From: Pyrinomonadaceae bacterium | GTDB lineage: Bacteria; Acidobacteriota; Blastocatellia; Pyrinomonadales; Pyrinomonadaceae | DNA length: 64,000 nt | Reading direction: 5' to 3' | Assembly (NCBI GenBank): GCA_041751355.1 | Contig: JBGSXN010000044.1 | Span: 127-64,126 of the forward strand | In this document: one piece after another, positions 62,898-64,000 of the stretch | Layout: the number at the start of each line of letters is the position of its first letter | Position numbering within the stretch: position 1 is the stretch's first letter | Notes under the pieces: model-generated | Told to the model about the DNA's origin: nothing | The model's input: the letters and a program-made list of their open reading frames with translations, nothing else | The model's database searches: none | Program-made: the position numbers and the translations under genes

Positions 62898-64000
62898 ATG
62901 TCAAAAGTTAGTTCGCCGAGGGCGCCGGGTTTTAAATTTCAGCTGGCTGCGGCTTTAGTTCTGAGTGCCTTTGTTTCATTTGCCATCGCGGCATTTCCGT
63001 TCCTTTCAGTCGTACAGGCTGAGGCGGTTCCGTCCATGGTGGATAAGAACGCACCTTCCATGATTCAGGCATGCGCTCCTGCAACCTTCACTAATCAGAC
63101 TCCGATCACGATAAGCTCGGGCGCACCCGCCAACGCGAATCCATATCCGTCGACCATCGCGGTTTCGGGCCTTCTCGGAAATATCGTCGGCACACCCGGG
63201 AATGTTGAGGTGACGCTTAACGGATATAGCCACACCTATTCCGATGACGTCGCTATTGTCCTGGTGGGACCAACGGGACAGGCTTTCTTACTTCAGAATG
63301 GTGCTGGCAGTGATCCGGACCTGGTTAACGTCACCTATACATTAAGCGACCTAGGTCTAACCAATTTGCCGGATAACGAGGCATGGGGACCGGGGACATA
63401 TCGGCCCACGTCATGGTACGCACCCGGCGATACTAACTTTCCATCACCCGGGCCGGGGCTTAATCACGAAACACCTGGGCCATTGTTTGGTAACGCGACC
63501 TTCGCATCCGTTTTTGGCGGTACGGCACCCAACGGCAATTGGAATCTCTACGTTCGCGATTTTGTCGCTGATGATGGCGGTCAGTTCGCAGGTGGATGGT
63601 CGATCAGGATAACCACCGACGGCTGTCCTGGTGCGTCACCGACGCCAACGCCGACTCCGTCAGAGCTTCCGCCTGGTACATTTGCGGGCACTAATCTCGG
63701 GGACATACCCGATAATGATTGCAGCGGTGACGGGCTCCAAGTGCGATTCGAGGTGACTGGTATGACCGCACCTGTCTCAAACATAAGGGTCAGCTTTACC
63801 GGCACTCATACATATGTCGGCGATCTTGACGTGCTATTGAGAGCTCCACTCGGTGCGCCTGAACAGGACATCTTTACCTTTACCGGTAACGATGTCGACC
63901 CTACGTTTGGGGACAGTTCAAATCTCGGCGGCAAGTACACTTTCTTTGACCTTGCGACAGCCAGATGGTGGGACGCCGCGGCGGCCGTAGGCGATAACGA
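62898..64000 (+). CDS. secreted protein with repeated proprotein-convertase P-domain-like modules (partial; runs past the right edge)
   Basis: The ATG at 62898 follows GAGGGGGAAAA. I translated the frame by hand to position 64000 and found no stop, so it is absent from the ORF track. Has a signal/TM segment, P-domain-like GTAPNGNWNLYVRDFVADDGGQFAGGWSIRI, a TPTPTP linker, and a second module (HTYVGDLDVLLRAPLG). Confidence 0.7.
   Translation, partial: MSKVSSPRAPGFKFQLAAALVLSAFVSFAIAAFPFLSVVQAEAVPSMVDKNAPSMIQACAPATFTNQTPITISSGAPANANPYPSTIAVSGLLGNIVGTPGNVEVTLNGYSHTYSDDVAIVLVGPTGQAFLLQNGAGSDPDLVNVTYTLSDLGLTNLPDNEAWGPGTYRPTSWYAPGDTNFPSPGPGLNHETPGPLFGNATFASVFGGTAPNGNWNLYVRDFVADDGGQFAGGWSIRITTDGCPGASPTPTPTPSELPPGTFAGTNLGDIPDNDCSGDGLQVRFEVTGMTAPVSNIRVSFTGTHTYVGDLDVLLRAPLGAPEQDIFTFTGNDVDPTFGDSSNLGGKYTFFDLATARWWDAAAAVGDN

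Noticed and set aside
1-64000. CRISPR arrays, IS elements or transposases, prophage genes, toxin-antitoxin pairs and known multi-gene defence systems.
   Set aside because: I looked for regularly spaced direct repeats and for the characteristic protein motifs in all six frames and found none. The only repeats are the intergenic hairpin-type elements reported above.

Overview
This looks like an ordinary bacterial chromosome segment. Gene content and repeat style suggest a soil Acidobacteriota-like organism, but that is a low-confidence inference. All calls come from reading translations and DNA by eye; no database search or computation was run. I call about 75 protein-coding genes, including two partial genes at the window edges that the ORF track misses. 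I also call 2 tRNAs (Arg-TCT, His-GTG), 4 gene remnants, several promoters, operators and terminators, and a set of structured intergenic repeats. I saw no rRNA, CRISPR array, transposase, integrase, reverse transcriptase or phage structural gene. Content: (a) housekeeping genes ubiX, rpiB, ltaE, cmk, rsmE, tag, ybaK, queC, queE, pepP and hldA/hldC; (b) a Bacillus-style fadN/fadA/fadE beta-oxidation set that has been split by unrelated genes, with matching palindromic operators at two promoters; (c) many secreted peptidases (S1-TPR, S41, S9, M14, M16, M24); (d) an NfeD-flotillin pair; (e) an accessory stretch at about 6.6-18.6 kb rich in VOC/glyoxalase paralogues, ankyrin and WD40 proteins, a GNAT, an APH-type kinase, a CueR-like MerR regulator and decayed gene stubs. 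I did not find a clear-cut new multi-gene machine. My best leads, in order: (1) twin sigma-54-dependent glycine-zipper genes; (2) an orphan encapsulated-ferritin-like gene translationally coupled to a DUF5996-like gene, with no encapsulin shell; (3) a PolB-exonuclease-like gene followed by an orphan SPPY DNA methyltransferase; (4) a decayed 10-kb island bracketed by a duplicated AraC 3' end; (5) a family of intergenic hairpins with 7-9 nt periodic arms, one of which contributes coding sequence to a signal peptide; (6) a CueR-like regulator whose MerR-type promoter drives no metal pump.
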